From an uncultured Acidimicrobiaceae bacterium (lineage in GTDB: Bacteria; Actinomycetota; Acidimicrobiia; Acidimicrobiales; Palsa-688), in the NCBI GenBank assembly GCA_963834775.1, contig CAWICR010000009.1, positions 116,255 to 180,254 of the forward strand: a stretch of DNA of 64,000 nt, written 5' to 3'. Position 1 is the first letter of the stretch. Every line of letters starts with the position of its first letter. The translations under genes and the position numbers were made by a program. A model generated the notes under the pieces. The model worked only from the letters and a program-made list of their open reading frames with translations. It searched no databases and was not told the origin of the DNA. Shown one piece after another: positions 53,321 to 61,859 of the stretch.

Positions 53321-53478
53321 TCAGCCTCGGTTGATCCGTCCGCGCATGGCGGCAGGCATAGGGAAAAGCTGATGACAGCGACGGCGACGATCGCTAGGAG
53401 GGCTTCGCCGATCGCTGCCGGCCTCCAACCGGTGGTGACTAACGACTGCAGTCCTTCGAGGATGTAGGTCACTGGGTG
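53321..53478 (-). pseudogene. C-terminal remnant of an ABC-2 type permease
   Basis: HPVTYILEGLQSLVTTGW…IGEALLAIVAVAVISFSLCL, then a frame shift to AMRGRINRG-stop; no upstream body. Confidence 0.35.
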
Positions 53479-53887
53479 CGCGGGGCAGGATCCACGGGTG
53501 GCGCCAGCGCGCCTCCCCCAGACACTCTCGGTATGCCGTGGGAGTTACCGAGGGCGAAACGCGTAGGGAGTGGACCGATCGCCGGTCGGGGGCGCGGTCG
53601 GCCCCGGCCGGACCTGCCTGTATGACCGAGAGCGGCAACCTCACCTGACCGAACGGGACTGCACGCCGCCACCGCCACCCCTCATGATCCAACGGGGACG
53701 GAATCGATCTCTGTCCCGGGGCGATGCGCACTCATCGAGGACCGCCATATGGGTGCGGGCCAGGTACCCCAAGCACTGTTAAGTGCTCCTCTCGCCGATC
53801 GCGACGGCGAAGGTGCCATGCTTGTGTGGTGCCGGTTCGTGGGCTGCTCGACTGCGTGAGGTCTCCTTGGCGCCCGTCCCGACTGTT

Positions 53888-54617
53888 GTGACCTCGCTGC
53901 GCCAGGCTTGGAATGAGCAGGCCGAGAACTGGGCGGCCTGGGCGCGAGCCCCAGACCTTGACTATTTCTTCTGGCGTTACAACCTGCCCAGCTTCTTGAC
54001 GCTCGTACCCCCGCCGGGTGCTCTCACCCTTGATCTGGGTTGCGGCGAGGGTCGCCTGGGTCGGGTCTTGAGGGGTCTGGGGCACAGGGTTGTAGGCGTC
54101 GACAGCTCGCCCCTGCTGGCTGGGCTGGCTGCCACTCATGAGGATCCGCTGACGACCTTGGTCGCTGATGCAGCCCGGCTGCCGTTGCAGAACGGCAGCG
54201 CCGATCTGGCGGTGGCGTTCATGTCGTTCCAAGACATCGATGACCTCGGGCTACAGCATCGCCGAGGCCCGCCGACTCTTACGCGACGGCGGGGTGCTGT
54301 GTGTCGCGATTCTCCATCCGCTCGCCACGGCCGGGGACTTCAATGGTGATGACGTCGACAGCTCGTTTGTCGTGGAGCGGCCCTACTTCCAACCCGAACT
54401 CCTTGTCGATCCGATCGAGCGCGACGGGTTTGAACTCGTCTTCCACTCGATGCACCGCCCGCTCGGGGCATACACCGCAGCACTTCGCGACGCGGGGTTC
54501 CGGATCGAAGTCCTCTCGGAGCCCGTCCCCGACGAGGCAGCCGTTCGAGATCACCCTCGGCTGGCTCGGCAGCTTCGAATTCCGAACTATCTTCACATCC
54601 GCGCCGTCTGCCGATGA
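53888..54617 (+). pseudogene. class I SAM-dependent methyltransferase, one frame break as sequenced
   Basis: LDLGCGEGRLG motif I and ADLAVAFMSFQDIDDL (ORF 53783..54349) continue near 54249 in ORF 54168..54617 (YSIAEARRLLRDGGVLCVAILHP). Confidence 0.7.
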
Positions 54618-55317
54618 GCGACGAGGGGCTACTGGCCGAGCAGAAAGCGTTCTATCGGGCGCGTGCACCGGAGTACGACGAGTGGTGGCAGCGGCGTGGC
54701 CGCTACGACCGTGGCGCAGACCTGGCGGTAGAGTGGGCCCGGCAGGTCGCGCAGGTCGAAGCGTCGCTCGAAGCTTTCGGCGCCACCGGTGACGTTTTGG
54801 AGATGGCAGGTGGCACCGGATGGTGGACCCAGCGCCTGGCCGGCACCGCTGAACACCTGACAGTCCTTGACGCTTCGCCCGAGACGCTGAGCCTGAACCG
54901 GGAGCGAGTCGGCCGAGCAGACGTGGAGTACGTCGTTGCCGACCTGTTCAGCTGGCGGCCATATAGGACTTACGACGTTGTGTTCTTCTCCTTCTGGCTC
55001 TCTCACGTGCCGCGGTCACGCTTCGCGGACTTCTGGGCCTTGGTGCGGTCCTGCCTGGCTCCGGGGGTCGGGTGTTTCTCATCGACAACCACGACGACCC
55101 GCACCCGATTGGCGATATCAAGGACCCCTACGTTGTCCACTATGGCCCGGATCTGCACCTGCGCCGCTTGTACGACGGAAGCCAGTACCGGGTCGTCAAG
55201 GTCACGTACGAACCCGACGAGCTCCAGTCACTTCTCGCTGCCCAAGCCTGGACGGCAGAACTCCAAACAACCGGCTGGTTCATCTTCGGACACGCACGCT
55301 CGACCGCCGGCTCGTAG
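54614..55317 (+). pseudogene. class I SAM-dependent methyltransferase, one frame break as sequenced
   Basis: ATGA overlap with the previous gene. VLEMAGGTGWWT motif I; CLAPG/GRVFLIDN is rejoined if the G5 run at 55063-55067 is G6; the tail is ORF 55072..55317. Confidence 0.7.
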
Positions 55318-55411
55318 GCCAAGCAAGACGCGTGACGTGCCGTCAGGCCCTCCCGTATTGAGACCTAACGACCGCGCTTTTATCGCCGGTTCCAAGCCTG
55401 ATGTCCGCCTG

Positions 55412-56242
55412 TCAGTCGGCTCGCCGTCCCACGCGGAGGACCCCTAGGTAGCGGCGCGGTACTCGGTCTCCCATCTGCGCTCGGATCCGCTCAGCGATGG
55501 CGTCGAGAAGGGGTTCACGGACTTCGGGTTCGAGCCGCCGGTATAGCGAGGTGGAGCCGAGAAGGTCAGCGAAGCCGAGGCCGTCGAACCACTGCACGAC
55601 CGGGTAGAACCGGACCCTCGTCGGGCCGAACAGAGGGCCTGGGTCCTCGACCAGTCCCCACCCATGGTTAGTGGCGCGCACCTCGTCCTCGAGGGGAGGA
55701 TGACCCCAGTCAGGGTTGCCGGGGCAGTAGCGCTCGTGCAGGTCGGCGGTCTCGGCATATACCTCCGGCTCACCCGGACGGCTGACCACGACGTTGCCGA
55801 TCAGGGCCATCCATCCGCCGGGACGAAGCAAACCGTGGGCCTTCGGCCACCCGACCGTGGGGTCCACCCAGTGCCACGACGCGGCGGCGAGGAGAATGTC
55901 GAATCTGTGACCCTGGTCGTCCCAGTCCTCGAAAGTGGAGTTCTCTATCTGGACGTTGTCGAATCGCCGCAGGAGTTGGCGAGCGAGATCGGCCATGCCT
56001 GCGCCGGGCTCGACTGCTATGACCGAGAAGCCGAGGGCGGCCAAAGACCGCGTCGCCTGGCCGGTTCCACAGCCCACCTCCAGCACCGAGGATCCCATCT
56101 GGATTCCCGTGATCCCGACCAGGTCGGCGAACAGTTCCTCAGGGTAGGTCGGCCGCACCCGTTCGTAGAGCTCTGGAACTTCTTCGAACAAGCGGCCAGC
56201 CACACGTCGGTCGTCGCTCGGCACCCCACCATATTGCGTCAA
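55412..56242 (-). CDS. class I SAM-dependent methyltransferase
   Basis: VLEVGCGTGQATRSLA motif I, FDILLAAASWHW, LRPGGWMAL; intact 276 aa. Confidence 0.8.
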   Translation of the reverse strand: MTQYGGVPSDDRRVAGRLFEEVPELYERVRPTYPEELFADLVGITGIQMGSSVLEVGCGTGQATRSLAALGFSVIAVEPGAGMADLARQLLRRFDNVQIENSTFEDWDDQGHRFDILLAAASWHWVDPTVGWPKAHGLLRPGGWMALIGNVVVSRPGEPEVYAETADLHERYCPGNPDWGHPPLEDEVRATNHGWGLVEDPGPLFGPTRVRFYPVVQWFDGLGFADLLGSTSLYRRLEPEVREPLLDAIAERIRAQMGDRVPRRYLGVLRVGRRAD

Positions 56243-56391
56243 TTGAAGACCCTTGATGGGCAGTGCCTACTCGAGTATGAGATCTGGTTGGGCAAGTGCC
56301 ACGACCGTGCGTCATTAACTCGGCGACCGGGCCAGCGGATTCGGGAACGATTGCTAACGACCATTGGATGGGTTCTTCTCAGGTCAGCGCA

Positions 56392-57280
56392 TTACTTGCT
56401 GCGAGTCGGCGCGCTTAAGGGCGCCAGGACGTTCATGGCGACGCCGTTCGGGTCGATGAGCAAGAAGCAGCGGATCCCGTGATCGGGGAAGTCCTGCGGT
56501 CCGCCCATCACGACGGCGTTGCCCACGGCGACGGCGTGGATCGCGTTGACTCGCTCGGTGGTTCCGACGTCGAGGTCGAATGCATCCGGGCTAGTCAGGT
56601 TGACTCCCGTGAGGACCTGCGCCCCGCTAGTTGTCGGTGACTCAAACATGATGGCATCGGGAGCGGACCACTCACCGCGTACTTGGAAGCCGAGATAGTC
56701 GGCGTAGAAGAGTTTTGCCGCAGTCGGCTCGATTACCGATCCCGGGATGGCCCGGGTGATCGGTCGGGTCATGTCATTCGCGGCTGGCGACCGCCGCCAT
56801 GTCTCTGCGGTCTTGATCGTGACCCTACGACCGGCGGGGTCCAGGACCGAGAACTGGGCGTCTCGGAACGGTTCGATGACACGGACGTCGTGTAATTCGG
56901 CGCGATCGAATAGGTCGATGACGTGGTCCTTGGTCGCGACTTCGATCGTGAAGCCGGGCGGGAGGGCGAAGCCATCGCTGTTGACTATGACCTCCACGCC
57001 TTCATGTGTGGCAGACACGAACGACAGGACGCGTCCGTTGTCGGTGCGAGCGTTGAAGCCGAGGAGCTCGGTGTAGAAGCGGACGGTCTTGTCGATGTTG
57101 GTGGACCGGATTTCGGGGATGGTGCGAGTGATGTTCATGAGCGACGCTTTCTGGTCTTGCCCTTCGGTGCGGTGCCGCGGGGCGGGCGTTTCGGACGTTG
57201 CGGAGAGCCGACGAGTAGGTTTCCCCGGTTCGGCGCGAGCGTGCGCGGACAATGCGCTTGAAGTCCTTACGGTCGGTCAA
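56392..57280 (-). pseudogene. two-domain VOC/glyoxalase family protein; N-terminal leader appears to be in another frame
   Basis: ORF 56392..57252 has two VOC repeats (VRFYTELLGFNA; LFYADYLGFQV). ORF 57002..57280 starts MTDRKDFKRIVRARSRRTGETYSSALRNV and meets the VOC frame near 57170. An intact CDS from ATG 57138 is the alternative. Confidence 0.65.
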
Positions 57281-57300
57281 CTCTCGGCTCCTCCGCGCCT

Positions 57301-57365
57301 GTGACGGATGCTATGCTAACGGATGCACATGTGACGGACTCTTGTGACGGATGCTGACGGATGCT
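57301..57365. repeat. five direct copies of a 9-10 bp motif (GACGGATGC) between the VOC gene and tRNA-Pro
   Basis: Cores at 57303, 57318 (AACGGATGC), 57333 (GACGGACTC), 57346, 57356; spacing 15, 15, 13, 10 bp. Confidence 0.8.
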
Positions 57366-57458
57366 CCCGAATGTCTCCCGAACAACACCGCCCAGGCCGG
57401 CGGCCAACGCTAACCAGCCTCGAGGATCTACTTCCGTGCCCCCTACAAGCGGTTTTCC

Positions 57459-57536
57459 TGGTCGGGAAGGGGGGATTTGAACCCCCGGCCTCAGCGTCCC
57501 GAACGCTGCGCGCTAACCAAGCTGCGCTACTTCCCG
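57459..57536 (-). tRNA. tRNA-Pro (anticodon CGG)
   Basis: Minus strand reads CGGGAAG-TA-GCGC-AGCTTGGTTA-GCGC-G-CAGCG-TTCGGGA-CGCTG-AGGCC-GGGGG-TTCAAAT-CCCCC-CTTCCCG-A-CCA. Full cloverleaf, 78 nt, encoded CCA. Confidence 0.92.
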
Positions 57537-57652
57537 GTCCGGAGCATGGTAGTCGACCGCCCTTTCGCTGTTTGGCCCCAGCCGCGGGGTGTGACGTCGC
57601 CCAACCGGTGTCATTGCCCGGCTGAGACGAAGGTCGCCGGGTCCAGCCGCCC

Positions 57653-57699
57653 GATTTTGGTATCTAAACCAGCTATAAGCTGGTTTAGATACCAAAATC
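57653..57699. repeat. 47-bp perfect AT-rich palindrome (22-bp arms, 3-nt centre)
   Basis: GATTTTGGTATCTAAACCAGCT-ATA-AGCTGGTTTAGATACCAAAATC; about 115 bp upstream of the tRNA-Pro 5' end; second, degenerate copy at 12640-12687. Confidence 0.95.
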
Positions 57700-57775
57700 C
57701 GACGCGCACGCTGTCGACCGCGCACGCTGTCGCTGCCGCTTGGCCCGCAGCCCCAGGCTGCCGCCCAGCGCCGCC

Positions 57776-58198
57776 CTAGTGCGCCGGCACGACGACCGGA
57801 TCGGGCAAGAAGCTGGTGTCGTGCCAGGTTCCGCCGGCTAGCAAGGCGGCGACCGCCTTGCGCATCCGGATGGGGTCGAGCGGCTTGAGGATCCAGCCCT
57901 CGGCTCCGCTACGGCGGGCCATGAAGACGTCCGGCCGTCGGTCCAGCACCAGCAGTACCGGGCGGGGCTCCAGGCGGCCGGCATCGGCCTCCAGGCGCAG
58001 GTCAAGGGCGACGGCAATGCCGCCCATGGCGCCGATCTGACTGTCGACGATGGCCAGATCGGCGGGCCGGACGTTCATCTCGTCGCGGACGTCGCCCCCC
58101 GGCGCGACCCACCGCAGGGACGTGGTGGCCCCCCCGACCATCGAGCGGATCTCGTCGTACACAGCCGCCGAGTCCGCGGCGATAAGGATGTCCGGCAC
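57776..58198 (-). CDS. single-domain response regulator (receiver only)
   Basis: 140 aa; ILIAADS, ADLAIVDSQIG, ILKPLD receiver pattern. Confidence 0.75.
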   Translation of the reverse strand: MPDILIAADSAAVYDEIRSMVGGATTSLRWVAPGGDVRDEMNVRPADLAIVDSQIGAMGGIAVALDLRLEADAGRLEPRPVLLVLDRRPDVFMARRSGAEGWILKPLDPIRMRKAVAALLAGGTWHDTSFLPDPVVVPAH

Positions 58199-58314
58199 CC
58201 ACGGAAGGCTAACGGAAGGCTAAGGGCCACGTCGCGGGTAGGTACCATCAAAGAGCCCGCCACCGGATGGCGGTGGGAATGTTGTCGCCGCCGGGCGGCG
58301 GTCCGGGAGGTTGC

Positions 58315-58671
58315 GTGCTCACGATCCACCAAGAGGAGACGCCCGAGGGCTATACCATCTGTCGGCCGGTCGGGGAACTCGATGCCTTCACGGTCAGCCA
58401 GTTCCGCCAGGCCCTGTCGGAGATGGCGTCGAGCAAGCGACTCCTCATCGACATGTCCGGCATCCCGTTCGTGGACTCCGCCGGCCTGGGAGCCCTGATC
58501 GGCGGTATCCGGCGCACCCGGGAGCTGGGCGGTGACGTGGCAGTGGCCTGCAACCGGCCCACGCTGATCCGGCTCCTGCGTACCACGGGTTTCGACCGAA
58601 TTGTCACAGTGGCGGAGACGATCGAGGAGGCGGCTGCGGCACTGGAGAAAGACGTCGCCGTAGAGGAGTAG
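58315..58671 (+). CDS. STAS-domain anti-sigma-factor antagonist
   Basis: GGGAGG then GTG 58315; GELDAFTVSQFRQAL and IPFVDSAGLGALIG with the phosphorylatable Ser context. Confidence 0.8.
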   Translation: MLTIHQEETPEGYTICRPVGELDAFTVSQFRQALSEMASSKRLLIDMSGIPFVDSAGLGALIGGIRRTRELGGDVAVACNRPTLIRLLRTTGFDRIVTVAETIEEAAAALEKDVAVEE

Positions 58672-58703
58672 GAGTAGAGGGGTGAGCCAGGAGGCGGCGA
58701 GCG

Positions 58704-58827
58704 GAGGCAGGCGAGCGCGCACGGCGTACGAGGCAGGCGAGCGCACGAGGCAGGCGAGCGTACGAGGCAGGCGAGCGCACGAGGCAGGCGAGCGCACGAG
58801 GCAGGCGAGCGCACGAGGCAGGCGAGC
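58704..58827. repeat. 17-bp tandem repeat, about 7 copies
   Basis: GAGGCAGGCGAGCGCAC units at 58730, 58747, 58764, 58781, 58798, a longer variant at 58704 and a partial copy at 58815; between convergent genes. Confidence 0.95.
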
Positions 58828-58901
58828 AGAAGAGCGGAAGAGCAGCTAGCAGCTCACTTCGCCGAGCGACGATCAGAAGCGCGCCGAGATGACACGTAAC
58901 G

Positions 58902-60241
58902 CTACGAGTTAGCCTGAACTGAGGAGGCGAACAGCCACCGCCCCACCTCGGTCAGACCGGCGATGTCGTGCACGTCGTCGGCGAGGAACGGAACCCGCAC
59001 CACCGGTACGGCCGGGAGCCGCCTCGACAGCAGGGCCACGTGCTCCTCTTCCCGACTGGCCACCCGATTCAGGTCGGCCAGGTTGCTGGCCAGCTGGGCA
59101 AGCCCACTGGCCGCGTCGCCCTTTCCCCCGCCCACCCCCGGCTCCTCCTGAGCGACGAGCTGTGCCGGCACGGGCCCAAAGAAGGGAAACATCCGGTTGA
59201 CCACCAGCGCTTCCACCCGCCTGGACGAGCCGCGCAGACGGTCGGCGAAGTACAGGGCCTCCGTCACGGCGTCCCGGCGGGGCGACGCCACCACGACAAA
59301 CGCCGTGCCTTCGTCCGCCAGCAGGGCCTCGACCCGCGCCGCCCGGTCGCGAAAGCCCTGCTCCATGCCCTCGAACGCGGCAAAGAACGCCACGGTGTCG
59401 GCCACCATGGTTCGCCCCACCACCGAAGAGACCGTACGCAGGAATAGCCGCGTCGCCACGCTGAGCGCTCGCAGGCTGGCTCGGGTGGGCATCATCAGCA
59501 GGCGGAAGATGCGGTTGTCGAGGAACCTGACGAGGCGAGCCGGCGCGTCGAGGAAGTCCAGGGCGTGCCGGGTGGGCGGCGTGTCGACGACGACGAGATC
59601 AAACCCACCCTCCCGGTGCAGCTCATACAGCTTCTCCATTGCCATGTACTCCTGCGTGCCACCCAGGGCGCCGGAGATGTTGCGATAGAGGCCGTTGTCG
59701 AGGATGGCCTGGGCCTGCTCGGGTGAGCCGGCGTTGCGGACGACCACGTCGTCGAAGGTCGTCTTCGTGTCGAGCATGAGCGCCCACAATTCTCCCCCAG
59801 GGCTCCAATCGCCCTCGACGGCGTGCGCCTCGTTGGTCAGCCGCTCGAGGCCAAGGGCGTCCGCCAGGCGCTTGGCCGGATCGATCGTGACCACGCAGGC
59901 CCGCCGGCCCAGGCGGGCGCCCTGCAAGGCAATGGCCGCGGCCAGGGTGGTCTTGCCGACGCCGCCCGGCCCGGCGCAAATGATGATGTGGCGGTTCTGC
60001 GCCAGGGCTGACAGTGGCGCTGGCGCTGGCGCTGGGGCTGGGGCTGGCGGCTGGCGGTGACGGTGACGGTGGCGGTGGCGGTGACGCTGACGGTGACTCT
60101 GGCTGGCTGGCTCTGGCGCTGACGCTGGCTCTGGCTCTGGGGCTGGCGGCTGACGCTGGGCTCTGGCTCTGGCTCTGGCGCTGACGGTGACGCTGGCGCT
60201 GGCTCTGGCGCTGACGGTGGCCGTGACGCCGAGGCCGTCAC
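58902..60241 (-). pseudogene. ArsA/Get3-like P-loop ATPase (Rv3679-like) with repeat-encoded N-terminal extension; frame break inside the repeat
   Basis: Deviant Walker A CAGPGGVGKTT, TIDPAKRLADALG, VVVDTPPTRHALDFL. The only usable start is GTG 60241 (GTGA overlap with the upstream stop), which is 1 nt out of frame with the ATPase body. Confidence 0.75.
60013..60235. repeat. hexanucleotide simple-sequence tract (GCTGGC/GGTGAC/GGCTCT variants)
   Basis: About 37 consecutive 6-nt units with G at positions 1 and 4; every frame on the minus strand reads as dipeptide repeats (PE, QS, QR, VT / AR, HR, PA). Confidence 0.9.
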
Positions 60242-61221
60242 GGGCCGACGCCCGCCATCTGCTCTCCCAGCGCGGCGGCCAGGGTGGCCACCTCCGGCGG
60301 TCCCAGCTCGGTCGTAAACAGGAACGGCAGGCGCAGCTGCGGCAGCGGCAGCATCGCGGCCAGACGTCCCACTTGCTCCTCCTGCAGCTCCTGGCGCTGG
60401 CGGCGAAAGTCGGCCGCCCGCCCCAAGAGGTCGGCCTCACCGGGAGCCAAGATGATCCCGCTCGCCTCGGCGGCCGCGGTCACGTCGGGCGGGAGGTCGA
60501 GATGGGGCCACATTCCGTTGACCACGATGGGGGCCAGTTGGACACCCGCCCGATCCTCCAGGTGGAAGGCGGTGTCGGCGGCTTCATTGACCGGGGTTTC
60601 CTCTGGGAGGGTCACCAGCATGACTTGGCAGCGGGCGGGATCGCTCAACAGGGCCACCACGTCAGCCGCCTGGGTCCGGATCGGCCCCACGGTGGCCGCG
60701 TCGAGCAGCCCGTAGGCGCTGGCCAGGAAGGTGACGGCGTGCCCCGCGGCCGGCGCGTCCACCACGATGAAGTCCGCGGCCCCGGCCTCGCCGGCGGCGC
60801 TTTGCACTTCCAGTTGCTTGACCTTTCCGAGCACCAGGATGTCTTTGATTCCTGGGACGGCGGTCGCCACGACGTCCAGAGTGCCGCTGGCCGTCAGCCG
60901 CTTCGAGATACGGCGCAGGCCGTGACTCTCCAAGTACTCCACTAAGGCGTCGTCGGGCGTCAGCGTGCGGGCCCGGATCTCGGCCGAGCCCGGGCCAGCC
61001 GCCCCGGCTTTCTGCAGGACCTCCTCCCGGTAGGCCAGCGGCTCCGGGTGCCCGAACAACGCCCCCAGGCCGCTCTTACCCTCGACCTCGACGATAAGGG
61101 TAGCCAGACCGGCCTGGGCTGCCAGACTGGCCAGAGCGGCCGTGACGGTCGTCTTGCCTACCCCGCCCTTTCCCGCCACGATCGTCACCCGTGCCGGCGG
61201 GGTAAACGCTGCGGGATCCAC
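60238..61221 (-). CDS. ArsA/Get3-like P-loop ATPase (Rv3680-like)
   Basis: VAGKGGVGKTTVTAALA, FIVVDAPAAGHAVTFL; 327 aa, intact. Confidence 0.85.
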   Translation of the reverse strand: MDPAAFTPPARVTIVAGKGGVGKTTVTAALASLAAQAGLATLIVEVEGKSGLGALFGHPEPLAYREEVLQKAGAAGPGSAEIRARTLTPDDALVEYLESHGLRRISKRLTASGTLDVVATAVPGIKDILVLGKVKQLEVQSAAGEAGAADFIVVDAPAAGHAVTFLASAYGLLDAATVGPIRTQAADVVALLSDPARCQVMLVTLPEETPVNEAADTAFHLEDRAGVQLAPIVVNGMWPHLDLPPDVTAAAEASGIILAPGEADLLGRAADFRRQRQELQEEQVGRLAAMLPLPQLRLPFLFTTELGPPEVATLAAALGEQMAGVGP

Positions 61222-61537
61222 GGCCCTCCCAAGGCGACTGGTGGCGATCGAGCCGGGGGTGAGGCTCAGCGAGACCCTCAGGTTAGCGACGAACTCGTCG
61301 CCACAGACGAGTACGGAGCAAGAGCCGATGCCAGTCGAGCCTCATGACGCCGCGGAGGTTGAGGTGGTTTGCACGGCAACCGGGTCGCCAGCCCCGCCTC
61401 GCGACCGCCCTCTGGCGGCCGGCGTGACACCCAAATGGGGAAAGTGCTGGTCAGAGCCGGTTAGATCCAGAAGATTTCCTCTTGTTGCCTGGCGAAGGCA
61501 GGACTACCTTGCACCTCAGAGCAAGGGGGGTTTGGCA

Positions 61538-61792
61538 GTGAGCGTGCAGCAAGCTGAGGATGTATGGCAAGCCAAGGCGGCGTGTCGGGGGCCCCATACC
61601 GCGCTGTTTTTTCCGCCCTCGCATTTCGAGCGCAAGGATGACAAAGAGTTCCGCGAGGCCCGAGCCAAGGCCATCTGTGCCACGTGCCCGGTAAAACGAC
61701 TCTGTCTCGATTACGCCTTGCGGATCCGGGAGCCCCACGGGATATGGGGTGGCCTCAACGAGATCGAGCGCCGGGAGTTACTCGCCCGCTAG
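61538..61792 (+). CDS. WhiB family transcriptional regulator
   Basis: GTG 61538 after a G-rich SD. Four Cys (C..., CATCPVKRLC) and GIWGG turn; 84 aa. Confidence 0.85.
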   Translation: MSVQQAEDVWQAKAACRGPHTALFFPPSHFERKDDKEFREARAKAICATCPVKRLCLDYALRIREPHGIWGGLNEIERRELLAR

Positions 61793-61859
61793 GAGGGACG
61801 ACCGCGACGCTGCCGGGCCAGACGAGAGGCCTGGTAACGGCAACAGATCGCGTCGTGTG

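Noticed and set aside
56392-57458. Integrase, excisionase or transposase expected next to the tRNA-Pro 3' end.
   Set aside because: The adjacent ORFs are a VOC protein and methyltransferases. No recombinase motif is found in any frame, so no mobile_element feature is reported.
58704-58827. Tandem arrays (also 4329-4428, 27614-27655, 29782-29829) considered as CRISPR arrays.
   Set aside because: The units are contiguous with no unique spacers, are only 10-17 bp long, and no cas genes are present.
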